From positions 19,949 to 83,948 of the forward strand of contig JBBQTL010000002.1 of the NCBI GenBank assembly GCA_038213285.1: a DNA stretch of 64,000 bases, given 5' to 3'. This DNA comes from Chitinophagales bacterium. Lineage in GTDB: Bacteria; Bacteroidota; Bacteroidia; Chitinophagales; Chitinophagaceae. Below, piece by piece: positions 1 through 11,085 of this stretch; the first letter of the stretch is position 1, and each line of letters starts with the position of its first letter. The notes under the pieces were generated by a model. It saw only the letters and a program-made list of their open reading frames with translations, did not search any database and was not told the origin of the DNA. A program made the translations under genes and the position numbers.

Positions 1-1
1 C

Positions 2-265
2 CGAAAAGGAGTTCCGGTACGGCGACTTGGTAGTGCAGCCCTTGATCTTTGCTGGGTGGCTGCCGGAAGGTTTGATGGATTTTACGAACATAAATTAAGT
101 GCCTGGGACAGCGCTGCGGGATTTTTAATAGTGGAAGAAGCAGGCGGAAAAGTAACCGATTTTGATGGAAATTATTATTCTGTATATCAACCACACTTGC
201 TGGCCACTAACGGAAAAATTCATGATGAAATGCTGGCAGTGATTAATAACCAAAAAGTGTTGTAA
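2..265 (+). CDS. suhB: Inositol monophosphatase family protein, C-terminal part (truncated by window start)
   Basis: Frame reads RRLGSAALDLCWVAAGRFDG...WDSAAG...EAGG, the C-terminal IMPase signature. Confidence 0.85.
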   Translation, partial: RKGVPVRRLGSAALDLCWVAAGRFDGFYEHKLSAWDSAAGFLIVEEAGGKVTDFDGNYYSVYQPHLLATNGKIHDEMLAVINNQKVL

Positions 266-341
266 AAATAAGCTGAAGAGGAAAGTATACAGAGAGCGGT
301 TTTGCGGATAAACACTAAATAATAAACTGAAAACAAAACTT

Positions 342-1373
342 ATGATGAGTAACGAACGTACGAAAATATCTTCCCTGGGAGAATTTGGCCTGATAGATCA
401 TCTCACCCAAAACAATGAAACAAAACTTGCTTCTACCATTTTAAGCGTAGGTGATGATGCAGCAGTGATTGATCATTTTGGCAAACAAACAGTCATCACA
501 ACAGATATGCTGGTAGAAGGCATTCATTTTGATTTGATGTACACACCGCTTAAACACCTGGGTTATAAAAGTGTGGTTGTAAATCTCAGTGATATTTATG
601 CAATGAATGCTACGCCAACACATATCACCATAAGCATCGCATTTAGCAATCGTTTTAGCCTGGAGGCAATGGATGAATTTTACGAAGGGGTATATGCTGC
701 CTGCGAAAAATATGATGTTGACCTGGTTGGAGGCGATACCACTTCTTCGCAAAAAGGATTTGTTATTTCTATAACCGCCATTGGTGAAGTGGCGCCTGAT
801 AAATTTGTAAAAAGAAGTACTGCCAAGAAAGGTGACCTGTTATGTGTGAGCGGATTTGTAGGAGCTGCATTTTTAGGCCTTACTATTTTGGAAAGAGAAA
901 AAAGAATTTATGCAGAAACCGGCTCTCAGCCCGACCTGGAGGACCAGGCCTATATTGTTGGAAAATTATTAAAACCGGAAGCCCGGAAGGATATCATCGA
1001 GTTTTTCGCCGCCAACGATATTGCCCCCACATCAATGATTGATGTAAGCGACGGGCTTAGCAGCGAAAGCCTGCATATTTGCAAACAAAGCAATGTTGGT
1101 TGTGTTATTTATGAAGACAAAATACCCATACATGAGGAGGCCCGGCAATTTGCGTACAAGCTGGAAATGGATCCCACGGCCTGTGCATTGAGTGGTGGAG
1201 AAGATTATGAACTATTATTTACACTGGCACAAAGTGATTACGATAAGATCGTATTGAATGAACAGATCAGCGTAATAGGATATATAACAGACCCGGAAGA
1301 AGGAACGCATATTTTAACAAGGGGCGGGAACAAGCATAAATTGGTGGCGCAGGGATGGAACCACATGGAATAA
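342..1373 (+). CDS. thiL: Thiamine-monophosphate kinase
   Basis: GEFGLI, GDDAA, TTDMLVEGIHF, NLSDIYAM, GGDT, DVSDGL and GGEDYELLF motifs. Confidence 0.95.
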   Translation: MMSNERTKISSLGEFGLIDHLTQNNETKLASTILSVGDDAAVIDHFGKQTVITTDMLVEGIHFDLMYTPLKHLGYKSVVVNLSDIYAMNATPTHITISIAFSNRFSLEAMDEFYEGVYAACEKYDVDLVGGDTTSSQKGFVISITAIGEVAPDKFVKRSTAKKGDLLCVSGFVGAAFLGLTILEREKRIYAETGSQPDLEDQAYIVGKLLKPEARKDIIEFFAANDIAPTSMIDVSDGLSSESLHICKQSNVGCVIYEDKIPIHEEARQFAYKLEMDPTACALSGGEDYELLFTLAQSDYDKIVLNEQISVIGYITDPEEGTHILTRGGNKHKLVAQGWNHME

Positions 1374-1445
1374 TACGTGGATAAAAATATATCATTTCGT
1401 TAATGGCTATCAGCCCAATTACTTGCCTCAGCCAGAAAAGACCCT

Positions 1446-2954
1446 ATGCAAAAAGGAAATTTTTTATTATTCATAATTTCAGTTGTGCTGTTTACGGGTT
1501 GTGCTGCAAGCAAAAATTATAACCCCGGTAAAAAATTTTCAAAAGAGGAACTGCAACAGGATTATTCATTGCTAAGAAATATTCTTGAAAAAAAACATCC
1601 TGCGCTTTATTGGTACACACCAAAAGACAGTATGAATTACTATTTTGACAGCCTCTATAATAGTATTCCGGATTCAATGACCGAGCTTCAGTTTGGATGG
1701 AAGATACTGGCTCCGCTTACTAATAAAATTCATTGCGGGCATACCAGTTTCGGAATGAGTAAAAACTGGAACCGGTTTATTAAGGATAAACGCACTCCTT
1801 CTTTTCCGCTGCATGTAAAGCTATTTGCCGATACAATGGTGGTAACAGGAAACCTCAACAGAAGAGATTCCGTATTTAGAAGGGGAACCCTGGTTACCTC
1901 TATTAACGGTATTCAGAATAAGCAACTGATACAAAGAATGTTTCAATATCTTCCACTCGACGGATATGCAGACAATGTCAACTACATACGGCTTAGCAGT
2001 AATTTTCCTTATTACCACCGAAATGTATTTGGTATCTACAAAAACTACCGCGTGGGGTATATAGACAGCAGTGGAAGACAACGAACCAGTATTTTGCCGA
2101 TGTACAACCCCGGTGCTGATTCCACTGCAAAAAGACAAAAGTCGGAAAGACGAAAAAAGATACCCCGGCGAATAAGAAAGCGGGAGCACATAGAGAATAG
2201 CCGATCCTTGGAAATAGATAGCACCAGCCGTACAGCTACGCTATTTCTGAATACTTTTTCAAATGGTGAAGGACGACACCTGCGAACTTTTTTCAGGCAA
2301 TCTTTCCGTAAAATTCAGGAACAGAAAATTAAAAATTTGATCATTGACCTTCGCAGCAACGGTGGCGGAGATGTATCGATGTATGTGCTGCTCACTAAAT
2401 TTATACGGAGTACCAGTTTTAAGGTAGCGGATACTGCTTATGCGGCAGCTAAAAATCTTGCTCCCTTCACACCCTATCTCAGGCATGGATGGCTGAATAA
2501 TATCGGCCTGTTTTTTATTACCAAAAAGCAGCGGGATGGTAATTATCATTTTGGGTATTGGGAGCGTCATTTATATCGTCCTAAAACCTCTAATCATTTT
2601 GGTGGTAAAGTATATGTGCTAACGAATGGCCCTACCTTTTCCGCCTCCACTCTTTTCTGTAATGCTGTAAAAGGGCAATCAAATGTAACCATACTGGGCG
2701 AAGAAACCGGCGGCGGCTGGCATGGTAACAGCGGAATTATTATCCCTGATATCACCCTTCCCGTTACCAAACTAAGGGTGCGGTTACCGTTGTTTAAACT
2801 GGTACAGTACAATCATGTTCCCCGAAACGGCAGGGGTGTAATACCAGATATTTTTATTCCGCCCACGGCAGAGGGTGTAAGGCAAAATGTAGACAGAAAG
2901 ATGGAAATAGTGAAAGGCTTGATCAGGGAAGCCAATGCTCGGACAGTTAAATAA
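1446..2954 (+). CDS. S41 family peptidase (probable lipoprotein)
   Basis: Lipobox-like LFTGC; IIDLRSNGGG, TFSAS, GEETGG and GVIPD motifs. Confidence 0.85.
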   Translation: MQKGNFLLFIISVVLFTGCAASKNYNPGKKFSKEELQQDYSLLRNILEKKHPALYWYTPKDSMNYYFDSLYNSIPDSMTELQFGWKILAPLTNKIHCGHTSFGMSKNWNRFIKDKRTPSFPLHVKLFADTMVVTGNLNRRDSVFRRGTLVTSINGIQNKQLIQRMFQYLPLDGYADNVNYIRLSSNFPYYHRNVFGIYKNYRVGYIDSSGRQRTSILPMYNPGADSTAKRQKSERRKKIPRRIRKREHIENSRSLEIDSTSRTATLFLNTFSNGEGRHLRTFFRQSFRKIQEQKIKNLIIDLRSNGGGDVSMYVLLTKFIRSTSFKVADTAYAAAKNLAPFTPYLRHGWLNNIGLFFITKKQRDGNYHFGYWERHLYRPKTSNHFGGKVYVLTNGPTFSASTLFCNAVKGQSNVTILGEETGGGWHGNSGIIIPDITLPVTKLRVRLPLFKLVQYNHVPRNGRGVIPDIFIPPTAEGVRQNVDRKMEIVKGLIREANARTVK

Positions 2955-2957
2955 AAA

Positions 2958-3803
2958 CTATAGAAAATTAAAATCATCGGCATCTTTCCAAAAAGGAAAT
3001 TTTGATCTTACTTCCTGTAAATCTTCTTTTTGCAAAGTGATGGTAAAAATATCTTCTTCATCCGGCATGTGATACAATACTTCACCAAGTGGATCAATCA
3101 CCAGGCTGTTTCCACTGTAATTAATATTGTTACCATCCCTGCCCACCCGGTTTACACCGATCACATAACTTTGGTTTTCTATTGCCCTGGCACACAATAA
3201 AGTCTTCCATGCATGACTTCTTCTTTCCGGCCAGTTAGCCACGTAGATTAAAATATCATATTCCGGTTTTATACCGCTTTCTGCTTGTGTTTCTGCAGTA
3301 ATATGGCTTTCATCCGCTACCTGACCTGTTTGCAATAACCGGTTCCTGGCCCATACGGGGAACCTTAAATCATAACAAACCTGCAAGTTGATTTTCCATC
3401 CCTTCACCGATGCAATCAGGCGCTTATTACCTGCAGTGTAATGTTTATCTTCCTCACCGTACGCAAACAAATGGCGTTTATCGTAATATCCAAACTGTCC
3501 GTTGGGAAGCATCCACACCAGCCGGTTGAAGTACTGATCATCTTCCCGTATAATCAGGCTGCCGGTTAAAATGATTTTATTCTTCGAGGCAATGGTTTTC
3601 ATCCATTCAATAGTTTCACCATCCATTGCTTCAGCCAGTATTTTTGGGTTCATGCTGAAACCGGTGCTAAACATTTCGGGCAATACTATAATTTCTGTTT
3701 TTTGGTCCAGTTCATTCATCTTACGCTCCAATACCTGTAGGTTAGCCGCTTTGTTTTCCCAGGCCAGGTTCGTTTGTATGGTAGTGATTGTAAGGCTCGA
3801 CAT
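2958..3803 (-). CDS. Carbon-nitrogen hydrolase / omega-amidase (YafV-like, nitrilase family)
   Basis: LPEMF, YDKRHLF, VCYDLRFP (Glu-Lys-Cys triad) and ARAIENQ. Confidence 0.9.
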   Translation of the reverse strand: MSSLTITTIQTNLAWENKAANLQVLERKMNELDQKTEIIVLPEMFSTGFSMNPKILAEAMDGETIEWMKTIASKNKIILTGSLIIREDDQYFNRLVWMLPNGQFGYYDKRHLFAYGEEDKHYTAGNKRLIASVKGWKINLQVCYDLRFPVWARNRLLQTGQVADESHITAETQAESGIKPEYDILIYVANWPERRSHAWKTLLCARAIENQSYVIGVNRVGRDGNNINYSGNSLVIDPLGEVLYHMPDEEDIFTITLQKEDLQEVRSKFPFWKDADDFNFL

Positions 3804-3987
3804 TTGGTTGATTTACTTACAAATGTACAATAAGCTTAAAATTATATTTCGGCAAATCCTGGGAGCCGGTTCTTTACCTGGTGGGTCCGTCCCAAAGAAT
3901 GGCTCAACAGGATAACGCATTTCCTTACTCTAATGTGATAAAAATTATTATGCCTCCTGAAAAATTTGGCCTTAATTTTATAATCCT

Positions 3988-5145
3988 ATGCCGACAGCTC
4001 AAAAACTTTCAGAACTCATCAGTGAAATTGACGCCACAATTTATAACCGCTTTGCCGGTAAAACATTTTGGATAAAGGCTGAAATAACTGATGTAAAAAA
4101 GTATAAGGATAAACGATGGTGCTTTCTGAAATTTATTGAAAAAGAGGGCAATAGCATCAGCACGGAAATAAAGGGCGTTTTCTGGTCCAACACCTACCAC
4201 CACATAGAAAATTTTGAAAAAGAAACGCAGCAGTTGTTTGCCAGTGGGATCGAGATTACCTGTAATGTGAGAGTACGCTTTCATAAGCGGTTCGGCCTTG
4301 ACCTTGAAGTGATGGCCATTGATTTTGCATACGCCATCGGTAAGCTGGAGATGGAACGAAAGCAAACCCTGGAAAGGTTGGTCAAAGAAAACGCATCAAT
4401 ACAGTTGCTCAGCAATGGCAATTTTTCTACCACAAATAACCGGCTTTTGTTGCCTACGGTTTTTCAGAGAATCGCATTGGTTACTGCACCAAATTCGGAT
4501 GGACAGCGGGATTTTAAACAAGTAATCGAAAAGAATAAATACGGCTATGCATTTTCGATTACAGAATATTTAACACAGGTACAGGGCGATGCGGCTGCCG
4601 CATTAATCATTCAGCAATTAGAAAAAATTAAGGTAGAAAAAAGCAGTTTTGATTTGGTGGTGATTGTTCGGGGTGGCGGTTCCGATACTGATTTTAAATC
4701 TTTCAATTCATTCGAATTATCCAATTATGTAGCTGATTTTCCAATACCCGTTTTAACAGGCATCGGCCACGATCGGAATACCAGCATTGTGGATTTGATG
4801 GCCCGGAAGCATAAGACTCCTACCGAAACAGCCACCTTTATTATTGATAACAACATGAGTTTTGAACAGGATGTGTTGCAGTTGAAGGAGCGCTTTTTTT
4901 CGGGTATACAAAACCTGGTGGTAATGGCCCAAAACAAATTGGCCTATAATACCCGCATTGTAAAAAGCAGCAGCCCCAAAACCATACTCAACAAAGGCTT
5001 CGCCATATTAATGCACAACAATAAAATTGTGACTGACCCAAAACTGATCCGGGCAAATGATCCCTTGCAGGCAATATTGAAAGATGAAAAAATATACACT
5101 ACGGTAAATAAAAAAGAAACAAATGAAAACAATAATGAGTTTTGA
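3988..5145 (+). CDS. xseA: Exodeoxyribonuclease VII large subunit
   Basis: N-terminal OB-fold-like region; VQG, VRGGGS, TGIGH and KTPT motifs; overlaps xseB. Confidence 0.9.
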   Translation: MPTAQKLSELISEIDATIYNRFAGKTFWIKAEITDVKKYKDKRWCFLKFIEKEGNSISTEIKGVFWSNTYHHIENFEKETQQLFASGIEITCNVRVRFHKRFGLDLEVMAIDFAYAIGKLEMERKQTLERLVKENASIQLLSNGNFSTTNNRLLLPTVFQRIALVTAPNSDGQRDFKQVIEKNKYGYAFSITEYLTQVQGDAAAALIIQQLEKIKVEKSSFDLVVIVRGGGSDTDFKSFNSFELSNYVADFPIPVLTGIGHDRNTSIVDLMARKHKTPTETATFIIDNNMSFEQDVLQLKERFFSGIQNLVVMAQNKLAYNTRIVKSSSPKTILNKGFAILMHNNKIVTDPKLIRANDPLQAILKDEKIYTTVNKKETNENNNEF

Positions 5146-5317
5146 TAATGCATTTGCTGAACTGGAAAAACTGGTTGAACAGATAGAAGATGAAAACATC
5201 CAGTTGGATACCCTGGCCGAAAAAGTAAAGAAGGCAACTGAACTGATTAAATATTGCGAAACGAAACTGCGCAGCATTACAGAAGAAATTGAGAAAGCAA
5301 AAACTGCAAAAGCATAA
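5123..5317 (+). CDS. xseB: Exodeoxyribonuclease VII small subunit
   Basis: SFDNAFAELEKLV...LIKYCETKL pattern, 64 aa, adjacent to xseA. Confidence 0.9.
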   Translation: MKTIMSFDNAFAELEKLVEQIEDENIQLDTLAEKVKKATELIKYCETKLRSITEEIEKAKTAKA

Positions 5318-5331
5318 TTGTAAGTTCGGCT

Positions 5332-5808
5332 TTATTTTACAAGCTCGATGATTATCTCGTTGATCAGGCCCCCTTCATACCCTTTCATTCTTAAATGATC
5401 CTGTAATTTTTTCTTTTTGGAAAAGATATTTTTTTCGTTTTTAAGACCGTTTAATTTTAGCAGTGCCAGCTTTTTTAGCGTTTTTTCATATTCCGTTTCA
5501 TCAATTGCTGCAAGGGCTTTCTTAATACAATATTCGCTGATCTGTTTTTGTTTTAATTCGTATTTGATTTTTATCCTTCCCCATTGTTTGGTTCTAAAAT
5601 GGCCACCGGCGTACATGATAGCGAAACGCTCCTCGTTTAAATAATTGTCTTCAATCAGCTTGCTGATCATTTCATCCGCCTCATTTTTATACAAACCAAA
5701 ACTGTACAATTTTTCCTTTACTTCACTGTGGCATCGCTCCTGGTAAGCACAATAATGTTTGGCCTTTTGATATGCCTGTTCTTTTGTAACATGGGGTTTG
5801 TTTACCAT
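5332..5808 (-). CDS. recX: Regulatory protein RecX
   Basis: YCAYQERCHSEV, YLNEERFA and WGRIKI motifs; start moved to the ATG at 5808. Confidence 0.9.
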   Translation of the reverse strand: MVNKPHVTKEQAYQKAKHYCAYQERCHSEVKEKLYSFGLYKNEADEMISKLIEDNYLNEERFAIMYAGGHFRTKQWGRIKIKYELKQKQISEYCIKKALAAIDETEYEKTLKKLALLKLNGLKNEKNIFSKKKKLQDHLRMKGYEGGLINEIIIELVK

Positions 5809-5894
5809 CCTGTAAAAATAGAAATGGAAGCCTCTACACAGGCTATTTATTTTTAGAAATTGCAACTGCGGTTTCAGTGGGGTTTGGTGCATCA

Positions 5895-6340
5895 TTTATT
5901 TCTTATATTATCCACCACCTGCTTTGTATCTTTTACATAAAATACCCTTGCCTCGCCCTTGCCATCTGTCTAATTAATTGGCAGCCCGGTACTATCCAAT
6001 GTTTGAATGGTCCAGATAAATTTTTTACCTGCTTTATTATAGTTGGAAATATCACACATAAGAGTTTGCGTTGCTTTGTCAGGATATTGTTTGCTAACAT
6101 CATACCCAGTATGAATTGCCAGATAAACTGGGTGGTACCTAATTATTTTTTTTATCCAGTAAATGTTGATTGCTTCTCAGTGCCTGCACATTATGTTGGA
6201 TTTCCAATACTTCACAAATACCTTTATCCGGTAGGTAACGGGCGTGGGGGAAGCAGATCCTACAGGTGTCCAGCGGAACGTAATGGCGAGTGAAATTTTT
6301 ACGTTTGATAAGGATCATCTATCCAACGGATATAAATGAC
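5895..6340 (-). pseudogene. Degenerate gene remnant (beta-rich, possibly FN3/Ig-like)
   Basis: Minus-strand fragments in shifting frames (ITFRWTPV...VTYRIKV, QALRSNQ, TTQFIW, KFIWTIQTLD) interrupted by stops and frameshifts. Confidence 0.35.
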
Positions 6341-6491
6341 AGCCCTTCTCACAATTAATTCTGGAAATTATACTAATAAGCATAAAAAATGGCACAGTGG
6401 CGGCAAAAAAAACTCCAGCTAAATGCGGGAGCTTTAAGTTTTTTCATGCTATTGCAAACGATTTGTTAACCGGCGATCTGATTCAGAATAC

Positions 6492-6743
6492 CTAAATGTG
6501 GTGTAAGGAATTTGCATCGTCTTCCAAAATTGCAATTTCCTGGTATGCCATCTCGTCTACATTTTCTTTCAAATCGTCAATCTTATCGTTAATGGCATCT
6601 CTCAAATCATTAATTGTTTCCCGCACCCTGTTTCCAGTACGATTCAATTTTCTTCTGGTAATGGAACCTTTATCTGGTGCATATAAAATACCTAAGATGG
6701 CACCTACTGTTACTCCGATAATGAATTTATTAGCTGTGGTCAT
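6492..6743 (-). CDS. YtxH domain-containing protein
   Basis: GAILGILYAPDKGSITRRK motif followed by a coiled coil. Confidence 0.85.
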   Translation of the reverse strand: MTTANKFIIGVTVGAILGILYAPDKGSITRRKLNRTGNRVRETINDLRDAINDKIDDLKENVDEMAYQEIAILEDDANSLHHI

Positions 6744-7212
6744 GACTGTAATTTATTGATTTAAAAAGGCGTTAAAAAATTTAGTTTTTAGAATCTACAC
6801 GAAATCAATCGGATAAGGATAATTTCTTCAGGAGCCATTTTTTTATTCAAAGATTGCCCCAGGTATGTTAATGATCGGAAAAATTATGCCAGAAGTTTTA
6901 CAACTGAAACCCAAATCAGTTGAGCAGATTTTTCCACATAATGACTTGTTTTTACCCATTCATCAAATACATACCGAGGTACCGGTGAAATTTCAAAAAA
7001 GGGAAATGCATATATAATTTGCAGGCACTAAAATTTTTAATAAACGTGTCTTTAGGAACCGAAGTAAATGATAAGTATGAGCCATTCCACCTTTGAAAAA
7101 TGTAACCGGCTACCAGTAAAACACTACCTGGAAATATTTATTTAGAAAGTGGTCTAAAAGGTTGCAATCCCATTGTATTTGTTGTAACTTTTTACTTCAA
7201 AAATTCCTTTAT

Positions 7213-7620
7213 ATGAAACAATACCATTTAATTTCACGAATAGCAATCTATTTGCTGTCCATTGTTTTATTTGCATTTGGGATCATTCATTACTTATACC
7301 CCCGCGACCTGTTGAATTTTGTGCCTGCGTTTTTGCCCGGTGGTATCATTTGGGTATATTTTGTTGGGAGCGCATTTATTTTAGCTGCGGTTGCCTTTTT
7401 AACCAACAAAATGGTAAAGGTTGCTGGTTACCTGCTGGCAGCATTATTAATCATATTCATACTAAGTGTGCATATCCCGAATTATCTTGATGCAGGTGCG
7501 CAGGATATGAAGCGAATTGCCCTAATCAATTTATTAAAAGATACAGCTATTGTGGGTTTCGCTTTACACATAGCGGCAGGGGCTCACCACCAAAAGCTGC
7601 ATTTGGAAGATAGTGATTAG
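7213..7620 (+). CDS. DoxX-like membrane protein
   Basis: Four hydrophobic segments; VPAFLPGGIIWVYFVG and NLLKD; start moved to the ATG at 7213. Confidence 0.75.
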   Translation: MKQYHLISRIAIYLLSIVLFAFGIIHYLYPRDLLNFVPAFLPGGIIWVYFVGSAFILAAVAFLTNKMVKVAGYLLAALLIIFILSVHIPNYLDAGAQDMKRIALINLLKDTAIVGFALHIAAGAHHQKLHLEDSD

Positions 7621-7844
7621 AAAAGAGCGCTATCTTTCAAATCTATCAAAATGTTATCTTTTACCAAGTGGGTTCACTTGATTATAAGTTGTTATTCCAG
7701 CTAGCCAACTAGCAAACCAATATGTAGAACGGTTGATTTGGGCCGTTTTTTTAAAATGATTTGTAAAATTATTGTAAGCAAAATTGGAGTGGCAAAAACG
7801 TGTTAGTTGTGTAAAATTTCTTTTTAATATTTAAATCTTGCTGT

Positions 7845-8288
7845 ATGAACTTCCTTCATCGTATTGAACAATGGGGTGATAATCACCATCCTAAATGGCT
7901 TGATATCATTCGCATTACTTTAGGTATATTTCTTTGTTACAAAGGAATAGATTTTCTCCAGAACATGGGAACTTTAATGGGTATGATGCCTATCAAAGTA
8001 GAATTTAATTCCCTTATGTTTATAGTATTAGGTCATTACGTGGTATTTGCCCATATTATCGGGGGCATTTTAATTACATTGGGATTATTTACCCGTTTTG
8101 CTGCGCTTATTCAGATTCCCATATTGATGGCTGCTGTGATCCTCGTTAATCTCAAAGGGGACATTATGAGGCCCTATTCAGAATTATTTCTTTCCGTTAT
8201 TGTGTTGATTTTATTGATTTATTTTTTGATCGTTGGCAACGGGCCATGGTCTTATAAAATAGCGGAGGAAGAAAAGAAACGCCGATAA
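7845..8288 (+). CDS. DoxX family membrane protein
   Basis: IRITLG, GGILITLGLFTRFAA and GNGPWS motifs. Confidence 0.85.
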   Translation: MNFLHRIEQWGDNHHPKWLDIIRITLGIFLCYKGIDFLQNMGTLMGMMPIKVEFNSLMFIVLGHYVVFAHIIGGILITLGLFTRFAALIQIPILMAAVILVNLKGDIMRPYSELFLSVIVLILLIYFLIVGNGPWSYKIAEEEKKRR

Positions 8289-8553
8289 AAGATCATCCTG
8301 TTAATTAATATTTTTTGAAACCCTCATACCTGGCAGCCTGCCAGGTAAAGGACAGGTATTAATTCTTTGTGCTGAACTTTACGTATTTTCTCCAGCTATC
8401 CGCCAGTTTCCAACTCTAAGGCTACGTGGTTTAACAAAGTTAATTTCCGGTCTTTATTTATGTTTTATATTTGAGCTTATTCTAAATAGTTATTAAATCT
8501 TTTCCAGTAAAGTATTTGAGTAATTACTTAATTTGAACATCTTATCATTAAAA

Positions 8554-9312
8554 ATGAAAATTCAGTATTGCTCAGATTTGCACCTGGAATTCCCGGAAAA
8601 CAAAGAGTATTTAAAACGGCACCCGATAAAACCTGAAGGGGAAATTTTGCTCCTGGCCGGCGACATCCTTCCTTTTGCCTTTGATCACAAGAATTTTATG
8701 TTTTTCGATTATGTTGCTGATAGCTTCGAAGCAGTGTATTGGATACCGGGCAATCATGAATATTATGGGTATGACATGGGCAAAACTCCTGATCCGCTTT
8801 TTGAAAAAATACGCTCCAATGTTTTCCTTGTAAATAACTATACAGTTTCCCTTGAAGACGTCCACATTATTTGCAGTACTTTATGGAGCCACATCAGCCC
8901 GATAAATGAATGGAGCATTCAAAAAAGCCTGTCTGATTTTTATGCTATCACAATGAATGGTATGCCCTTGTTGCCCATTAATTTTAATGAATATCATCAA
9001 ACAGCGTTATCTTTTATTCAAAGCGAGGTGAATAAATATGCAAGGTCAAAAACCATTGTGCTTACGCATCATGTACCTACCTTTTTGCAATACCCTGCAA
9101 AATACCTGCGAAGTATATTAAATGAAGCTTTTGCTGTGGAATTACATGATTATATTGAAAGTGCCGGTATTAATTTCTGGCTCTATGGCCACCATCATTT
9201 TAATGCCCCCGGATTTACAATTGGCAATACTACCATGCTGACAAACCAGTTGGGCTATGTTAGAAAATATGAACATGGGAGTTATAAAAATAATGCGTGT
9301 TTCGAAATTTAA
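8554..9312 (+). CDS. Metallophosphoesterase (calcineurin-like)
   Basis: SDLH, AGD, GNHE, THH and GHHH metal-binding motifs. Confidence 0.9.
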   Translation: MKIQYCSDLHLEFPENKEYLKRHPIKPEGEILLLAGDILPFAFDHKNFMFFDYVADSFEAVYWIPGNHEYYGYDMGKTPDPLFEKIRSNVFLVNNYTVSLEDVHIICSTLWSHISPINEWSIQKSLSDFYAITMNGMPLLPINFNEYHQTALSFIQSEVNKYARSKTIVLTHHVPTFLQYPAKYLRSILNEAFAVELHDYIESAGINFWLYGHHHFNAPGFTIGNTTMLTNQLGYVRKYEHGSYKNNACFEI

Positions 9313-9493
9313 TGGCTATATGCGTACCGGGTCATTTCTTATTATAACAAGCACAGCCATCCCGGCGAAAACCATTGATGGTTATTGGTTAAGTAATGAT
9401 GTTATTAGTAAAAATATTAGGGCAAAGCGCAAATCGTAAATTATTCTATTAACGATTCACCATTCACGATTTAGACTACATCGTGCAAAGGCC

Positions 9494-10186
9494 TTATTGC
9501 TTTTTCGAAGGATCTTTTGTCATCATTTCGGATAAGGTATTCCTGGCTTTTTCAACTTCAGCAGTTTGTCTTTCCTGTGCCTTTTTATTAAATTCCAGGT
9601 CGCTTTCAAGTTTTTTTAATTTCTTTTCCATATCGCCCTGGTCATCTGCAAGTGAGGCCAGTTTTTTTTCTTCTTTTTTTAACTGCGCCTGTTGGTTGCT
9701 AAGATCTCTGTCATACACCGCTTTTTTTACATCAGGTATCATACCAGTGAGAAATGCGCTTCCCTTTTCAACAGGAGAAACACCGATAGATTTGGCAGCA
9801 TCAGATTTTATTTTTTCATCCGGTATTTCGCCTGGAAGGGCCGCAATGAAATAAACAACAGTTTGCTCTTTTTCTTTCCTGCTTTTCCTTTCTACCTTGA
9901 TAAATGCATCTAGCGTTTTTACGGGATCAATACGTGGTAATACCACATTCCGGTACACCATAAATTTTTTTATTTCCTTTGGCTTGATACCCTGTAATTT
10001 AAATCGTTCTTTTATAGCATCTTCCACAATATCAGGTGGTGCATTTAATTCAATCAAATAGCCGTTGTACTTTCCTCCATTGAATTCAATAGAAGTGCTT
10101 CTTGTTTCTGCACTATCTAAGCTTACATCTTGTGAAGTAGCTACTGAGGCAATGATGATCAGGATGCAGGTAATAAGGTGTCGCAT
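9494..10186 (-). CDS. Hypothetical exported protein with C-terminal coiled coil
   Basis: 230-aa ORF with signal-peptide-like N-terminus and a charged heptad C-terminus. Confidence 0.7.
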   Translation of the reverse strand: MRHLITCILIIIASVATSQDVSLDSAETRSTSIEFNGGKYNGYLIELNAPPDIVEDAIKERFKLQGIKPKEIKKFMVYRNVVLPRIDPVKTLDAFIKVERKSRKEKEQTVVYFIAALPGEIPDEKIKSDAAKSIGVSPVEKGSAFLTGMIPDVKKAVYDRDLSNQQAQLKKEEKKLASLADDQGDMEKKLKKLESDLEFNKKAQERQTAEVEKARNTLSEMMTKDPSKKQ

Positions 10187-10500
10187 AAAGCTTATTTTTA
10201 TTGTTGGATAAAGGCAAATATAGTTTCAATTTAGTCGAACTGGAACGGGCGATCATTTTTTGCATTAAACTTTTTTGAAAATATTAAAACTAACGGAACC
10301 AGAGCTCCTCCGTGTCGGGCACAGACTTTCATTATCCGAATCAATTATCCCCTTAATCAATGATCAGTGGAAAATTGACACTGGCCTGGTTACGCTAAAT
10401 TTAAATTGTGGAGAAGGGCGGGTGCTTAAATTATACAGTTATACTTGTCTCCGGCTTTTCTAATAATGGAGAAACACAATTGGGCGGATTTTATTTTATA

Positions 10501-10806
10501 TTACTCATAATACCATGATTCATGTACCTGGTCAGATGTGTGAGTAGTAACATCCATTATTTCAATTACTTCACTGATATTAGTCGCTGGTAGTCCAACA
10601 GTTCTGGCATGTTCCCTGATAATTTCTTTGTTGGGTGCAGTATAAATGCAATAGAACTTATCTTCTGTAAGGTAACTCTGCTCCCATTTAATTTGAGGTC
10701 CCATTCTTGCCAATGCATCATTGGAAACCTGTAAAATTGCTTCCAGTTGCGACTCGGTTAAATGACCGGCACCTGGTACTTCTCTTTCAATTATGTACTT
10801 AGGCAT
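10501..10806 (-). CDS. DUF4242 domain-containing protein
   Basis: MPKYIIERE...W.QSY...K.YCIY.AP...IREHA...GLPA..ISEV pattern. Confidence 0.8.
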   Translation of the reverse strand: MPKYIIEREVPGAGHLTESQLEAILQVSNDALARMGPQIKWEQSYLTEDKFYCIYTAPNKEIIREHARTVGLPATNISEVIEIMDVTTHTSDQVHESWYYE

Positions 10807-11085
10807 GATTAATCTTTTTTAAATGAATTAAATAATTGCGTCTATAAATTTAAATAATTTCTGCTATTCTTCTGGGCTATTTTCTTAATAAATTGAAAAT
10901 TAACAATCGGTTTATATTGCCGTTTTTAAACTGTATTTATAATTTAAATTAACATATAAACAACTGTACCTGGAAAAGAAGGAACGCAGTTGAAAGATCC
11001 TATTTCGCAACTTGTTCACTATTTAAACGATTGAAATTATTTTCATTTAATTTAGATTACCCGGCTATTTCTTTATTTTTATTGT

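Noticed and set aside
6877-7804. Sigma-54-like TGGCA sites upstream of the YtxH (6891, minus) and DoxX (7790, plus) genes
   Set aside because: The -12 element lacks the G at the required spacing, so they are too weak to call.
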